This document shows positions 8,006-15,416 of a DNA stretch of 32,000 nt, one piece after another. Location of the stretch: NCBI GenBank assembly GCA_016699265.1, contig CP064967.1, positions 630,001-662,000 of the forward strand, in the 5' to 3' direction. This stretch comes from Candidatus Saccharimonadota bacterium (GTDB lineage: Bacteria > Patescibacteriota > Microgenomatia > UBA1406 > GWC2-37-13). The first letter of the stretch is position 1. Every line of letters starts with the position of its first letter. Position numbers and translations under genes: made by a program. Below the pieces are notes generated by a model, which was not told where the DNA came from, made no database searches, and worked only from the letters and a program-made list of their open reading frames with translations.

Positions 8006-8956
8006 ATGAAGATATTGGTTACTGGAGGAGCAGGATTTATCGGTTCGCATCTTTGCGAAGCACTACTCTCTCTAGGTCATTCAGTAATCTGCGTGGATAA
8101 CTTTTCTTCGAGTTTAAAATCTAATATCTCGAGGCTCATTAAAAACTCTCAGTTCAGCTTCGTCGAGTATGACGTGACGGTGCCAGGGCTTGAGGTTGGT
8201 CCATTCGAACGACTCTACCACCTTGCCTCTCCTGCATCTCCAAATCATCATAGTCCGATCAGTTACCACGCTCTAGCGCTCGAGACGATGCTTGTTAATA
8301 CTCAAGGAACACTCAACTTACTTCGCCTTGCACAGAAGAACAAGGCGCGATTTCTCTTTTCCTCAACATCTGAAGTTTACGGCGATCCGTTAGTGAATCC
8401 CCAACCAGAAACCTATCTTGGAAATGCATCAACTACCGGACCACGATCTGTGTATGATGAGGCAAAGAGATTTGGCGAAACTCTAATTTCCTACTTTGTG
8501 AGAGACCATAATCTTGATGCAAGGATTGCAAGAATTTTTAATACCTACGGACCACAGATGCATCCCCAAGACATGAGAATGGTTGAGTCCTTCATCGTCT
8601 CTGCGCTCAAAAACGAACCGATAAATATTTTTGGTGACGGTCTGCAGACACGATCTCTCTGTTATGTAACAGATACAGTAGATGGACTCATCAAACTGAT
8701 GGAACTAGATGACGGCAAAGGAAAAGTAGTAAACATAGGATCCGAAGAAGAAAAAACCGTCAATGATTTCGCTGACATGATTACGAAACTCTGTAATTCT
8801 ACATCCGAGTTGTCACATACAGAAACCCTTCCACAAGATGACCCTAAAAAACGTCGTGCAGATATTTCCCTAGCGAGAAAGCTTTTAAACTGGGAGCCTA
8901 AAGTAACACTAGATGTTGGGCTTAAACAAACCATAGAATACATTCGCACCTTATGA
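8006..8956 (+). CDS. uxs: UDP-glucuronate decarboxylase (UDP-xylose synthase family SDR)
   Basis: KILVTGGAGFIGSHL, YHLASPASP, STSEVYGDP, YDEAKRFGE and RIFNTYGP, which are typical UXS/ArnA-C-terminal-like motifs. Confidence 0.85.
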   Translation: MKILVTGGAGFIGSHLCEALLSLGHSVICVDNFSSSLKSNISRLIKNSQFSFVEYDVTVPGLEVGPFERLYHLASPASPNHHSPISYHALALETMLVNTQGTLNLLRLAQKNKARFLFSSTSEVYGDPLVNPQPETYLGNASTTGPRSVYDEAKRFGETLISYFVRDHNLDARIARIFNTYGPQMHPQDMRMVESFIVSALKNEPINIFGDGLQTRSLCYVTDTVDGLIKLMELDDGKGKVVNIGSEEEKTVNDFADMITKLCNSTSELSHTETLPQDDPKKRRADISLARKLLNWEPKVTLDVGLKQTIEYIRTL

Positions 8957-8989
8957 TCTTTCCGCGTTAATTCTTGTATATGGCGCGTG

Positions 8990-8995
8990 TATAAT
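8990..8995 (+). promoter_or_regulatory. -10 box TATAAT, 6 nt upstream of ATG 9002 (leaderless geometry)
   Basis: TATAAT at 8990-8995, spacer cgaaat, ATG at 9002. Confidence 0.55.
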
Positions 8996-9001
8996 CGAAA
9001 T

Positions 9002-10132
9002 ATGAAAAAAGCAGTAATCATTATTCCTACATATAACGAAGCCTACGATATCGAGAAGATCCTCGAGTCTGTCTTCTCGATTACATCAAAGATAAATAAC
9101 TGGCAATTTACAGTTTTGGTTATAGACAGCACCTCACCAGATGGAACCTCGCAGATTGTAGAGGGACTAAAAAAGAAGCATAAGAATCTTGTCTTGATCA
9201 AGACTAAGAAGGAAGGACTTGGTAAAGCGTATATGACGGGTTTCACCTATGCTCTGGAAAAGCTTGAAGCCGATCTTTTGTTCGAAATGGATGCAGATTT
9301 TTCACACGACCCATCGGTTCTTCCAGAATTTGTTCGAAAGATAGACGAAGGTGCAGATTTTGTAATAGGATCACGTTATCGAAAAGGAGGATCGATTCCT
9401 GCAGACTGGGGAATGAACCGCAAAATTTATTCAGTACTTGGTAATCTCATAATTCGTCTCGGTTTTATGAAACTTAAGATTTCTGACTGGACTTCAGGAT
9501 ATAGAGCTATTAGAAGTTGGGTTATCAAATCGAGTCTCTCTTATATTCAAAACAGTACCGGTTACGTCTTTCAAGTTGCGCTTCTTGAAAAGGCTGTGAA
9601 ACTTCATGCTAGAGTCGAAGAGATACCAATCAACTTTGTAGATAGAAAATATGGTGTTTCAAAACTCAACTCAGGACAGTACATTAAAAATACCCTGCTA
9701 TATGTACTTACACACTCATCTTTTATTAAATATGTCTTGGTTGGCGGATCGGGTTTTATTATCGATTTTGGTCTCTCATACCTAATGATCGAAAGGGTTC
9801 ACACTCAGTTCCCAGTTTGGCTCGCTACTATAATGAGCGCAGAGGTCGCAATTATATGGAACTTCATCTGGAACAATTATTGGACATTCTCCCATAAGAA
9901 AGTCGGGCATAAATCACACGAATTTCTCACTAGTTTGGGCAAGTTTAATATTGTAGCGCTTGGCTCAATACTGATTCAAGCCGGACTAATCGAGCTTTGC
10001 GTGCGATCATTTGGACGCAGTTTTTGGTACATTTATAAAATTGCAATTTTAGGCTTTATAATTATTCCTTACTCATATGTCCTGTACAACAGAGTGATTT
10101 GGAAAGGCGGAAGACAGGAAGAAAAAAATTAG
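9002..10132 (+). CDS. Polyprenyl-phosphate sugar synthase: GT2 (DPM1/ArnC-like) domain fused to a C-terminal GtrA-like membrane domain
   Basis: AVIIIPTYNE, DSTSPDGT and EMDADFSHDP GT2 motifs, then four hydrophobic helices (FIKYVLVGGSGFIIDF...). Start moved from the track's GTG 8987 to ATG 9002 because of the -10 box. Confidence 0.8.
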   Translation: MKKAVIIIPTYNEAYDIEKILESVFSITSKINNWQFTVLVIDSTSPDGTSQIVEGLKKKHKNLVLIKTKKEGLGKAYMTGFTYALEKLEADLLFEMDADFSHDPSVLPEFVRKIDEGADFVIGSRYRKGGSIPADWGMNRKIYSVLGNLIIRLGFMKLKISDWTSGYRAIRSWVIKSSLSYIQNSTGYVFQVALLEKAVKLHARVEEIPINFVDRKYGVSKLNSGQYIKNTLLYVLTHSSFIKYVLVGGSGFIIDFGLSYLMIERVHTQFPVWLATIMSAEVAIIWNFIWNNYWTFSHKKVGHKSHEFLTSLGKFNIVALGSILIQAGLIELCVRSFGRSFWYIYKIAILGFIIIPYSYVLYNRVIWKGGRQEEKN

Positions 10133-10167
10133 TATTTAATAGCAAGGATGTCTCAACATTCTAGATA

Positions 10168-11076
10168 CTAGTTGGTTACTTTCTCGGAGTACTGAGCAGC
10201 AACCCATCCCTCCTGCTCATCATTAAAAAGAATTTTATACCAATTTGGTTTTTCTTCAACCAGCTCGTAGCTTTCACCTGGATTTACCTTAGCGGACTCT
10301 GAAGCATCAATTGATGGCTCTGATCTAACTCTTAACCAACCTGTTGGCGTTTCTTTTATTAAAATTACAATTTTTTTAGCTCCATCATCACCTGCAGACG
10401 CCTTGGATGTGGGCTGTTGTTCTTTAGTGATATTCTTTATTGTTGCACTCTTAGTCGACTCTTGCTGAGACAGTTGATCAATTGCCAACTTGACACTCGT
10501 GGACGTCCTATGTCCAGCCTCTACATTAAGTTTCAGGGTTCTTCTAAAAAAACCTGGCAAATAGATCGATAGCTCGTGTGTCCCTTTTGGAACATCGTAT
10601 AGTATTAATGGAGCAACTCCTTTTTCGTCTAAATCTAGGTATACAAGCGCTCCCTGCGGATCCGACTCAACTGCGATTTCACCAACATTATCTTTAGTTG
10701 GTTTGGTTTCCATTTTTGTAAGAGTGGAGATCTCACCTGCAGTTGAGATATCAGAGTTTCCGAGAACTCGTCCGACATAGGTTACTGCATTTTTATATAC
10801 CTTTATTTTGCCTTGCCAGGTGGCCGATTGAGACGCTTCTTTATTTGGAATGAGCTTTATGAGATACTCACCCACCTTCATTTTTTGCCTAACTGGAGTA
10901 TTTCCAATCTGTATTTGGTCTAGATAGACTACTGACTGTGGAGTTGAAACTACTCTGATCTCTCCCAACTCAGTTTGACCGTTAAAAAAGAAGAACTTAA
11001 GAAGTAGGAAAATACCAAAAAGAACGACTAATACCGTTAGTAAAATTAACTTACCTTTGAATGAGCCTTTTCGCAT
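10168..11076 (-). CDS. Membrane-anchored envelope protein with two PEGA-like domains and a C-terminal SH3b domain
   Basis: N-terminal TM segment (LILLTVLVVLFGIFLLL), the PEGA-like segments STPQSVVYLD..IGNTP and SDPQGALVYLD..KGVAP..GTHEL, and the SH3b-like GWLRVRSEPS...WYKI...EGWV. Start set at Met16 (11076) on the basis of the -10 box. Confidence 0.7.
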   Translation of the reverse strand: MRKGSFKGKLILLTVLVVLFGIFLLLKFFFFNGQTELGEIRVVSTPQSVVYLDQIQIGNTPVRQKMKVGEYLIKLIPNKEASQSATWQGKIKVYKNAVTYVGRVLGNSDISTAGEISTLTKMETKPTKDNVGEIAVESDPQGALVYLDLDEKGVAPLILYDVPKGTHELSIYLPGFFRRTLKLNVEAGHRTSTSVKLAIDQLSQQESTKSATIKNITKEQQPTSKASAGDDGAKKIVILIKETPTGWLRVRSEPSIDASESAKVNPGESYELVEEKPNWYKILFNDEQEGWVAAQYSEKVTN

Positions 11077-11082
11077 ACCACT

Positions 11083-11088
11083 ATTATA
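11083..11088 (-). promoter_or_regulatory. -10 box TATAAT (minus strand), 6 nt upstream of ATG 11076
   Basis: The minus-sense sequence reads gagtaTATAATagtggtATG. Confidence 0.55.
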
Positions 11089-11100
11089 TACTCTATGTAG

Positions 11101-11379
11101 ATGTACCACAAAACCGATCACGCATTAAACAGTCAAATTGCTGACCTGAATAAGGTGAAGATAAACGTATCGTTCAAGAAACTGCTGATCACGACGGTCG
11201 CCTACTTTCTTCTACTTCCGATTTTTGTATATCTTGCGATCACGACTCAATACGACATCATTATCTATCTGTACCTTGCCCCTCTTGCCCCAATCATTTT
11301 TGTGACCTACGTAATCTTCACCGGAAAACTAAAATGGCTTATTAAGATCGCACACAAGCTCCATGCTCTACGACCTTAG
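11101..11379 (+). CDS. Hypothetical small membrane protein (2 TM segments)
   Basis: The ORF has hydrophobic stretches. TATACT at 11087-11092 lies 8 nt upstream of its ATG. No family was recognised. Confidence 0.4.
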   Translation: MYHKTDHALNSQIADLNKVKINVSFKKLLITTVAYFLLLPIFVYLAITTQYDIIIYLYLAPLAPIIFVTYVIFTGKLKWLIKIAHKLHALRP

Positions 11380-11415
11380 TTATTAGTGATTTGTTAGTTG
11401 TCATTGGCTCACATT

Positions 11416-11444
11416 TTGACATTTTTGATTAGGTACTATACAAT
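11416..11444 (+). promoter_or_regulatory. Sigma70-type promoter TTGACA-N17-TACAAT, with the -10 box 6 nt upstream of ATG 11451
   Basis: TTGACA at 11416-11421, TACAAT at 11439-11444, spacer cctcgt, ATG at 11451. Confidence 0.7.
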
Positions 11445-11450
11445 CCTCGT

Positions 11451-12002
11451 ATGGAAAATACCGAAGGTTCAATTCTAGATCGAGGCTCTATCCAGTCGTT
11501 TCCAACAATGTCTCCAAATAAAAAAGGTGGATCAAAGAAACTTTGGATTCTCATTGTGCTTATTGCGGTCGCCGTTGCTGCATTTTTATTTCTAAGGCCA
11601 TCAGAAACGACAATTCAAAAACCTACACCAACGATTGAACCTACAACAATCATTGAAGAACCCCCGATTACGGATGAGACCAGTACGACTCCTACCACAG
11701 AACCGACAAAGGACGTCAAAAAAACCGCTACAGGGCCGAAGATACAGGTACAAAACGGTAGTGGTGCTGAGGGAGTGGCTGGTAAGATGCAGACTGCACT
11801 CTCAGACAGTGGTTATGATAATGTAGAAACCACAAATGCAGACAACTTCGACTACACAGAAGTTACAATCAAAGCAAAGGATGCATCGATGGAAACGGCC
11901 AAAAAAATTAAAACACAGCTGAAAGACTACTCGTTTGCAGAAGAAGTGGCTACTTTGAGTGATGACTCGGATTTTGACATCGTACTGATCGTAGGCAAGT
12001 GA
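11451..12002 (+). CDS. LytR_C-domain envelope protein (TM anchor, Thr/Pro-rich linker, LytR_C domain)
   Basis: TM segment LWILIVLIAVAVAAFLFL, a PT-rich linker, then IQVQNGSGAEGVAGKMQTAL..GYDNVETTNA..., which resembles LytR_C. Confidence 0.7.
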   Translation: MENTEGSILDRGSIQSFPTMSPNKKGGSKKLWILIVLIAVAVAAFLFLRPSETTIQKPTPTIEPTTIIEEPPITDETSTTPTTEPTKDVKKTATGPKIQVQNGSGAEGVAGKMQTALSDSGYDNVETTNADNFDYTEVTIKAKDASMETAKKIKTQLKDYSFAEEVATLSDDSDFDIVLIVGK

Positions 12003-12602
12003 TCACTTTAACTCTAAGCTTTTCCACAGAACTCTACTTGCATAGGTTCTATAAGGTTTCCATCTGGAAACTATCATCTCAATCTGTTTTATAGAAGGCT
12101 CTTCCTTAAGTCCGTAAACCTTGATAATTCCTTTTTTAAGACCAAGGTCTCCAAAGGAAAATACGTCTTCTCTACCCAGAGCAAAGATCAAGAACATCTC
12201 TGCTGACCAAGGACCTATGCCCTTTATCTGAACCAGGGTATTGATGACATCTTCATTGCTCATATGCTCTAGCTTATCGAGATTCACAGTTTTATTATCA
12301 ACTTTCGCTGCTAAATCTTTGAGACTTCTAACCTTTGCCCATGATGCTCCACATTCTCTAATCTTTTCGTCGGGAATATTAAACAAGGCTTGAGCAGTTA
12401 TGTTCTTTTTAGGGAAAAGGTTTTTAAATCGTCCAAAAATTGTAGCTGCGGCCTTGCCCGATAGTTGTTGCGAAATAATAGTATCGCAGAGTTCTGAAAA
12501 AAAATTACGTGACTTTCTTAGGGGTATAAGAGGATTTTTTTCTATGTATCCGTATAGTTTGGAGTCTACGTTTTGAAGATGCTTTCGAGCCTTATGACTC
12601 AT
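12003..12602 (-). CDS. HhH-GPD superfamily DNA glycosylase (DNA-3-methyladenine glycosylase II, AlkA-like)
   Basis: Helix-hairpin-helix IKGIGPWSAEMFLIF followed by FSFGDLGLKKG (catalytic Asp region). Confidence 0.8.
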   Translation of the reverse strand: MSHKARKHLQNVDSKLYGYIEKNPLIPLRKSRNFFSELCDTIISQQLSGKAAATIFGRFKNLFPKKNITAQALFNIPDEKIRECGASWAKVRSLKDLAAKVDNKTVNLDKLEHMSNEDVINTLVQIKGIGPWSAEMFLIFALGREDVFSFGDLGLKKGIIKVYGLKEEPSIKQIEMIVSRWKPYRTYASRVLWKSLELK

Positions 12603-12608
12603 ATTCGG

Positions 12609-12929
12609 TTAAAGCCACTGAACGTAGTCACAACCTTCTGAGGATTTTGTTTCTCGGTTCCAACTATTGGTTGAGCATTTTTTTAGTTTTTTTCCTGAGG
12701 CGCTGGTGTAGATTACAAGTTTAGAACCACATTTCGGACAGTCCTCATCTGTCTGTTCAGTTGCGCCTTTCTGCCACTCAACATAATCACATCCAGTCGA
12801 AGATCTAGTCTCTGCGTTCCAAACATTTGTCGAACAGCGTTTAAGTTTCTTACCTGATCGGGTAGTTGCCATTACTAAAGGACTCTGACACTTTGGGCAT
12901 TTCTCATCAAGGTTCTGTACTTCATCCAT
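12609..12929 (-). CDS. Tandem zinc-ribbon protein (two ~45-aa CPKC...C...GC modules, topoisomerase-type C4 finger-like)
   Basis: CPKCQSPLVMATTRSGKKLKRCSTNVWNAETRSSTGCDYVEW and CPKCGSKLVIYTSASGKKLKKCSTNSWNRETKSSEGCDYVQW. Start placed at Met32 (12929) because of the promoter at 12937-12964. Confidence 0.6.
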   Translation of the reverse strand: MDEVQNLDEKCPKCQSPLVMATTRSGKKLKRCSTNVWNAETRSSTGCDYVEWQKGATEQTDEDCPKCGSKLVIYTSASGKKLKKCSTNSWNRETKSSEGCDYVQWL

Positions 12930-12936
12930 AACAGTC

Positions 12937-12964
12937 ATAGTACCAGCTACAACAGAAAAGTCAA
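12937..12964 (-). promoter_or_regulatory. Promoter TTGACT-N16-TACTAT (minus strand), with the -10 box 7 nt upstream of ATG 12929
   Basis: The minus-sense sequence reads TTGACTtttctgttgtagctggTACTATgactgttATG. Confidence 0.6.
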
Positions 12965-12967
12965 CAA

Positions 12968-14098
12968 TCAAATTTTGAATCCTAGTAAATCTAGCCCTTT
13001 TTTTAGCGTATCGCCGCCACATTCTACTTCCAGATAACGCAGGGCTTCCGGAGTATTAAAATCATCCTCAAGAAATCCTTCAACCTTTTTCCAATCACCA
13101 CTGTTTTGTTCTTGTAACCTAGAGCGTAGAGCTTTGAACTTTTTCTCGTAATTTTTTAATTCATCTTCTTCGTATTCCCATGGATGGCGGTAGTGGTGGG
13201 ACAAAAGCAACCAACGAATGGCGCAAGAGGAGTATTTTTTCAAAAGATCCTCCACCAAAACTAGATTACCAAGGGATTTAGACATCTTCTCTCCTTCAAA
13301 CATTACCATGCCGGTATGCATCCAAAACTGAACATATGGTTTTTTACCGGTAAAACTTTCGGACTGGGCAACTTCACTTTCATGATGAGGAAATATGAGG
13401 TCCCTACCACCACCGTGTATGTCGATCTGGTCACCAAGAGCCTCCTCTACCATTGCAGAGCATTCAATGTGCCATCCAGGTCTTCCCGGTCCCCAAGGTG
13501 ACTTCCAGTTAGGATCTCCTTTAGCTTTTACCCATAAAACAAAGTCCATTGGATTTTTTTTATTAGGATCTGTTGGATCGTTTCCTCTCTCCTGAGAGAT
13601 CATGAGCATCTGATCACGACCATATTTTGACAGAGATCCATAACCTTCGAACTTTGAAATATCAAAATATACATTCCCATTTTTTACGTAAGCAAAACCA
13701 TTCGCTATAAGTGCTTCATTCATTGAAATTATTTGACCCATCACGCTTGACGCCAAAATATACTTGTCTGGTGGTAATACATTCAGCGCGTTCATCTGCT
13801 TATGAAAGTGTTCGATCCACTGTCGAGCTATCTCGGTCCATGATTTACCTGCCTCCGCCGCCTGTTTTATCACGTCGTCTCCGTCATTGATGTCAGTTGC
13901 ATTCTGTATATAGGTAACGCTTAATCCTTTGAATTTTAAATATCTAATAAGAGTGTCGAAAACCGCGTATGTAAATGCATGACCTAAATGAGTAGCGTTG
14001 TTTGGAGTAATGCCGCAGACATATAGCTTAACAATACCTTTACTAAGGGGAACAAAATCCTTCTTATTTCTCGATAAAGAATCGTATAATTGGAGCAT
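12968..14098 (-). CDS. Class-I cysteine ligase of MshC-like architecture (CysRS catalytic core without an anticodon-binding domain); a pipeline would probably call it cysS
   Basis: HIGH motif HLGH, KMSKS present, WHIECS Zn/Cys-binding region. Only about 105 aa follow KMSKS. The motifs [28 protein letters not shown] and GNLVLVEDL resemble MshC as recalled. Confidence 0.75.
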   Translation of the reverse strand: MLQLYDSLSRNKKDFVPLSKGIVKLYVCGITPNNATHLGHAFTYAVFDTLIRYLKFKGLSVTYIQNATDINDGDDVIKQAAEAGKSWTEIARQWIEHFHKQMNALNVLPPDKYILASSVMGQIISMNEALIANGFAYVKNGNVYFDISKFEGYGSLSKYGRDQMLMISQERGNDPTDPNKKNPMDFVLWVKAKGDPNWKSPWGPGRPGWHIECSAMVEEALGDQIDIHGGGRDLIFPHHESEVAQSESFTGKKPYVQFWMHTGMVMFEGEKMSKSLGNLVLVEDLLKKYSSCAIRWLLLSHHYRHPWEYEEDELKNYEKKFKALRSRLQEQNSGDWKKVEGFLEDDFNTPEALRYLEVECGGDTLKKGLDLLGFKI

Positions 14099-14106
14099 AA
14101 AGGCTA

Positions 14107-14135
14107 ATTATACCGATTCGAGATCGTAATTTGAA
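14107..14135 (-). promoter_or_regulatory. Promoter TTCAAA-N17-TATAAT (minus strand), with the -10 box 8 nt upstream of ATG 14098
   Basis: The -35 hexamer is the last unit of the TTTGAAR heptamer repeat. Minus-sense TATAAT lies at 14112..14107. Confidence 0.55.
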
Positions 14136-14150
14136 GTTTGAAATTTGAAG
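14130..14150. repeat. Three tandem heptamers TTTGAAG TTTGAAA TTTGAAG
   Basis: Read directly. The 15-mer tttgaaatttgaagt is identical to 29217-29231. Confidence 0.85.
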
Positions 14151-14213
14151 TCAATATTTGAAAATTAAGCAATTAATAATTGAATATATATTAAAAACTT
14201 TAAATTAAAAATT

Positions 14214-14870
14214 ATGAAAAAGGTCTTATGTATTTTCGCTCATCCAGATGATGAGTCCTTCGGCCCTTCAGGAACCATTCACCTGCTTACGAAAACTCAT
14301 GAAGTCTACCTCGTCTGCATTACAAACGGAGACGCTGGAAAGAATTCTCATAAAACATCTAAGCTCCCTTTAGCTAAAATTCGCCAGCGTGAACTGAGAG
14401 CGTCCTCAAAATTTTTAGGCACAAAAAAAGTGTTTTTTCTAAACTACGGAGACGGTTCGTTAAATAATCTCCAGTATCACGACATCGCCAAAAAAATAAA
14501 GAAAATTAGTGATCGGCTCAAACCGGAAACTTTCATCACATTCGAACCTCGTGGCGTTTCCGGACACCTTGACCACATTGCCGCATCGATGATCACAAGT
14601 TACGTATTTGAGCGAACACCATATGTAAAAAAACTTATGCATTATTGCCTGAGTAAGGATCAGACAAGCTCAATGGGTGAGTATTTCATCTACAGACCAG
14701 AAGGTTACAGTGCGGATGAAATTGATGAGGTAGTAGACATTTCAACCGTTCGTGAGCTAAAAACTGCTTCAATGTATCTTCACAAATCACAGGTCCACGA
14801 TGCGCAAAGAATTATCAAATTATTTGGAAACTTTACCAAGGAACACTTCATTGTTACTGAAAGGAATTAA
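14214..14870 (+). CDS. PIG-L/LmbE-family N-acetylglucosaminyl deacetylase (MshB/BshB family)
   Basis: The N-terminal signature VLCIFAHPDDESFGPSG and the metal-binding GHLDH. Confidence 0.85.
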   Translation: MKKVLCIFAHPDDESFGPSGTIHLLTKTHEVYLVCITNGDAGKNSHKTSKLPLAKIRQRELRASSKFLGTKKVFFLNYGDGSLNNLQYHDIAKKIKKISDRLKPETFITFEPRGVSGHLDHIAASMITSYVFERTPYVKKLMHYCLSKDQTSSMGEYFIYRPEGYSADEIDEVVDISTVRELKTASMYLHKSQVHDAQRIIKLFGNFTKEHFIVTERN

Positions 14871-14880
14871 GTTCGGGTTG

Positions 14881-14886
14881 TATAAT
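14881..14886 (+). promoter_or_regulatory. -10 box TATAAT, 6 nt upstream of ATG 14893
   Basis: The sequence reads tgTATAATgtcactATG. Confidence 0.5.
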
Positions 14887-14892
14887 GTCACT

Positions 14893-15399
14893 ATGCCAAA
14901 TCATCCAGAACAAGGAGCTTTCGATCTCGGAGACAAGCGACGACCAGAACCATCTAGCGATCCTGACAGCTTTGAAGGAGTTAGAAGAACTATTTCAGGA
15001 GGGCGAAAAGGCGTTCGACCTAATCCTACCGACCCACTCCTTAAAGGAGCTACCGAATTGCTTGAAGAACCAGAGGCAAAAGAATTGCCAGTTTATACTC
15101 ATACTATCGCCCCCCATAAAAGAGTTTATTATATCGATGAAGATCCTAGTGGCCAGCGCTTACCAAGTTGGACAACTAGAACTCTACATCTGTGTGAAAC
15201 GAACCAAACTATTCTGGTTACTGAAGCAAGAAGGAGAAAGAAATTGTTTACAACCACAGAGGACAGTGAAGCTCATCGAGAAGGTAGACCTTTATCGTTT
15301 TTTCCTGCAGGGGCTAGGGTTGCCACATCCGATGCAGTACGCCGCAAGACAATGGGCATGAACCAACCTCCATCAACGCCACTCCCTCAGCCCCGCTAA
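14893..15399 (+). CDS. Hypothetical Pro/Arg/Glu/Thr-rich protein (168 aa), probably largely disordered
   Basis: This is the Met32-onward part of ORF 14800..15399. The frame has A/T-rich third positions, G-rich first positions and host-like cca/cct/gga/gaa codons. The overlapping 158-aa frame does not. Confidence 0.55.
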   Translation: MPNHPEQGAFDLGDKRRPEPSSDPDSFEGVRRTISGGRKGVRPNPTDPLLKGATELLEEPEAKELPVYTHTIAPHKRVYYIDEDPSGQRLPSWTTRTLHLCETNQTILVTEARRRKKLFTTTEDSEAHREGRPLSFFPAGARVATSDAVRRKTMGMNQPPSTPLPQPR

Positions 15400-15404
15400 T
15401 TTGA

Positions 15405-15410
15405 TATCAT
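15405..15410 (+). promoter_or_regulatory. Possible -10 box TATCAT, 6 nt upstream of the argS ATG
   Basis: The sequence reads TATCATatctgcATG. It is a weaker hexamer with no clear -35. Confidence 0.35.
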
Positions 15411-15416
15411 ATCTGC

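Noticed and set aside
8662-9021. 119-aa ORF antisense to uxs
   Set aside because: It is a shadow of a confidently identified gene, and its 5' part would overlap the GT2 promoter and start.
10133-10167. Bidirectional terminator between the GT2-GtrA and PEGA genes
   Set aside because: Only weak, mismatched AT-rich pairings (aggatgt/acattct, tagtat/atacta) are present, without a flanking T-tract.
14885-15361. 158-aa ORF (MSLCQIIQNKELS...) fully overlapping the 14893..15399 frame
   Set aside because: Its third codon positions are G/C-rich and it relies on cta/ccg/tcg codons that are atypical for neighbouring genes. The other frame has host-like codon usage and a TATAAT-N6-ATG start. I kept it as a shadow ORF, with the ambiguity flagged in the findings.
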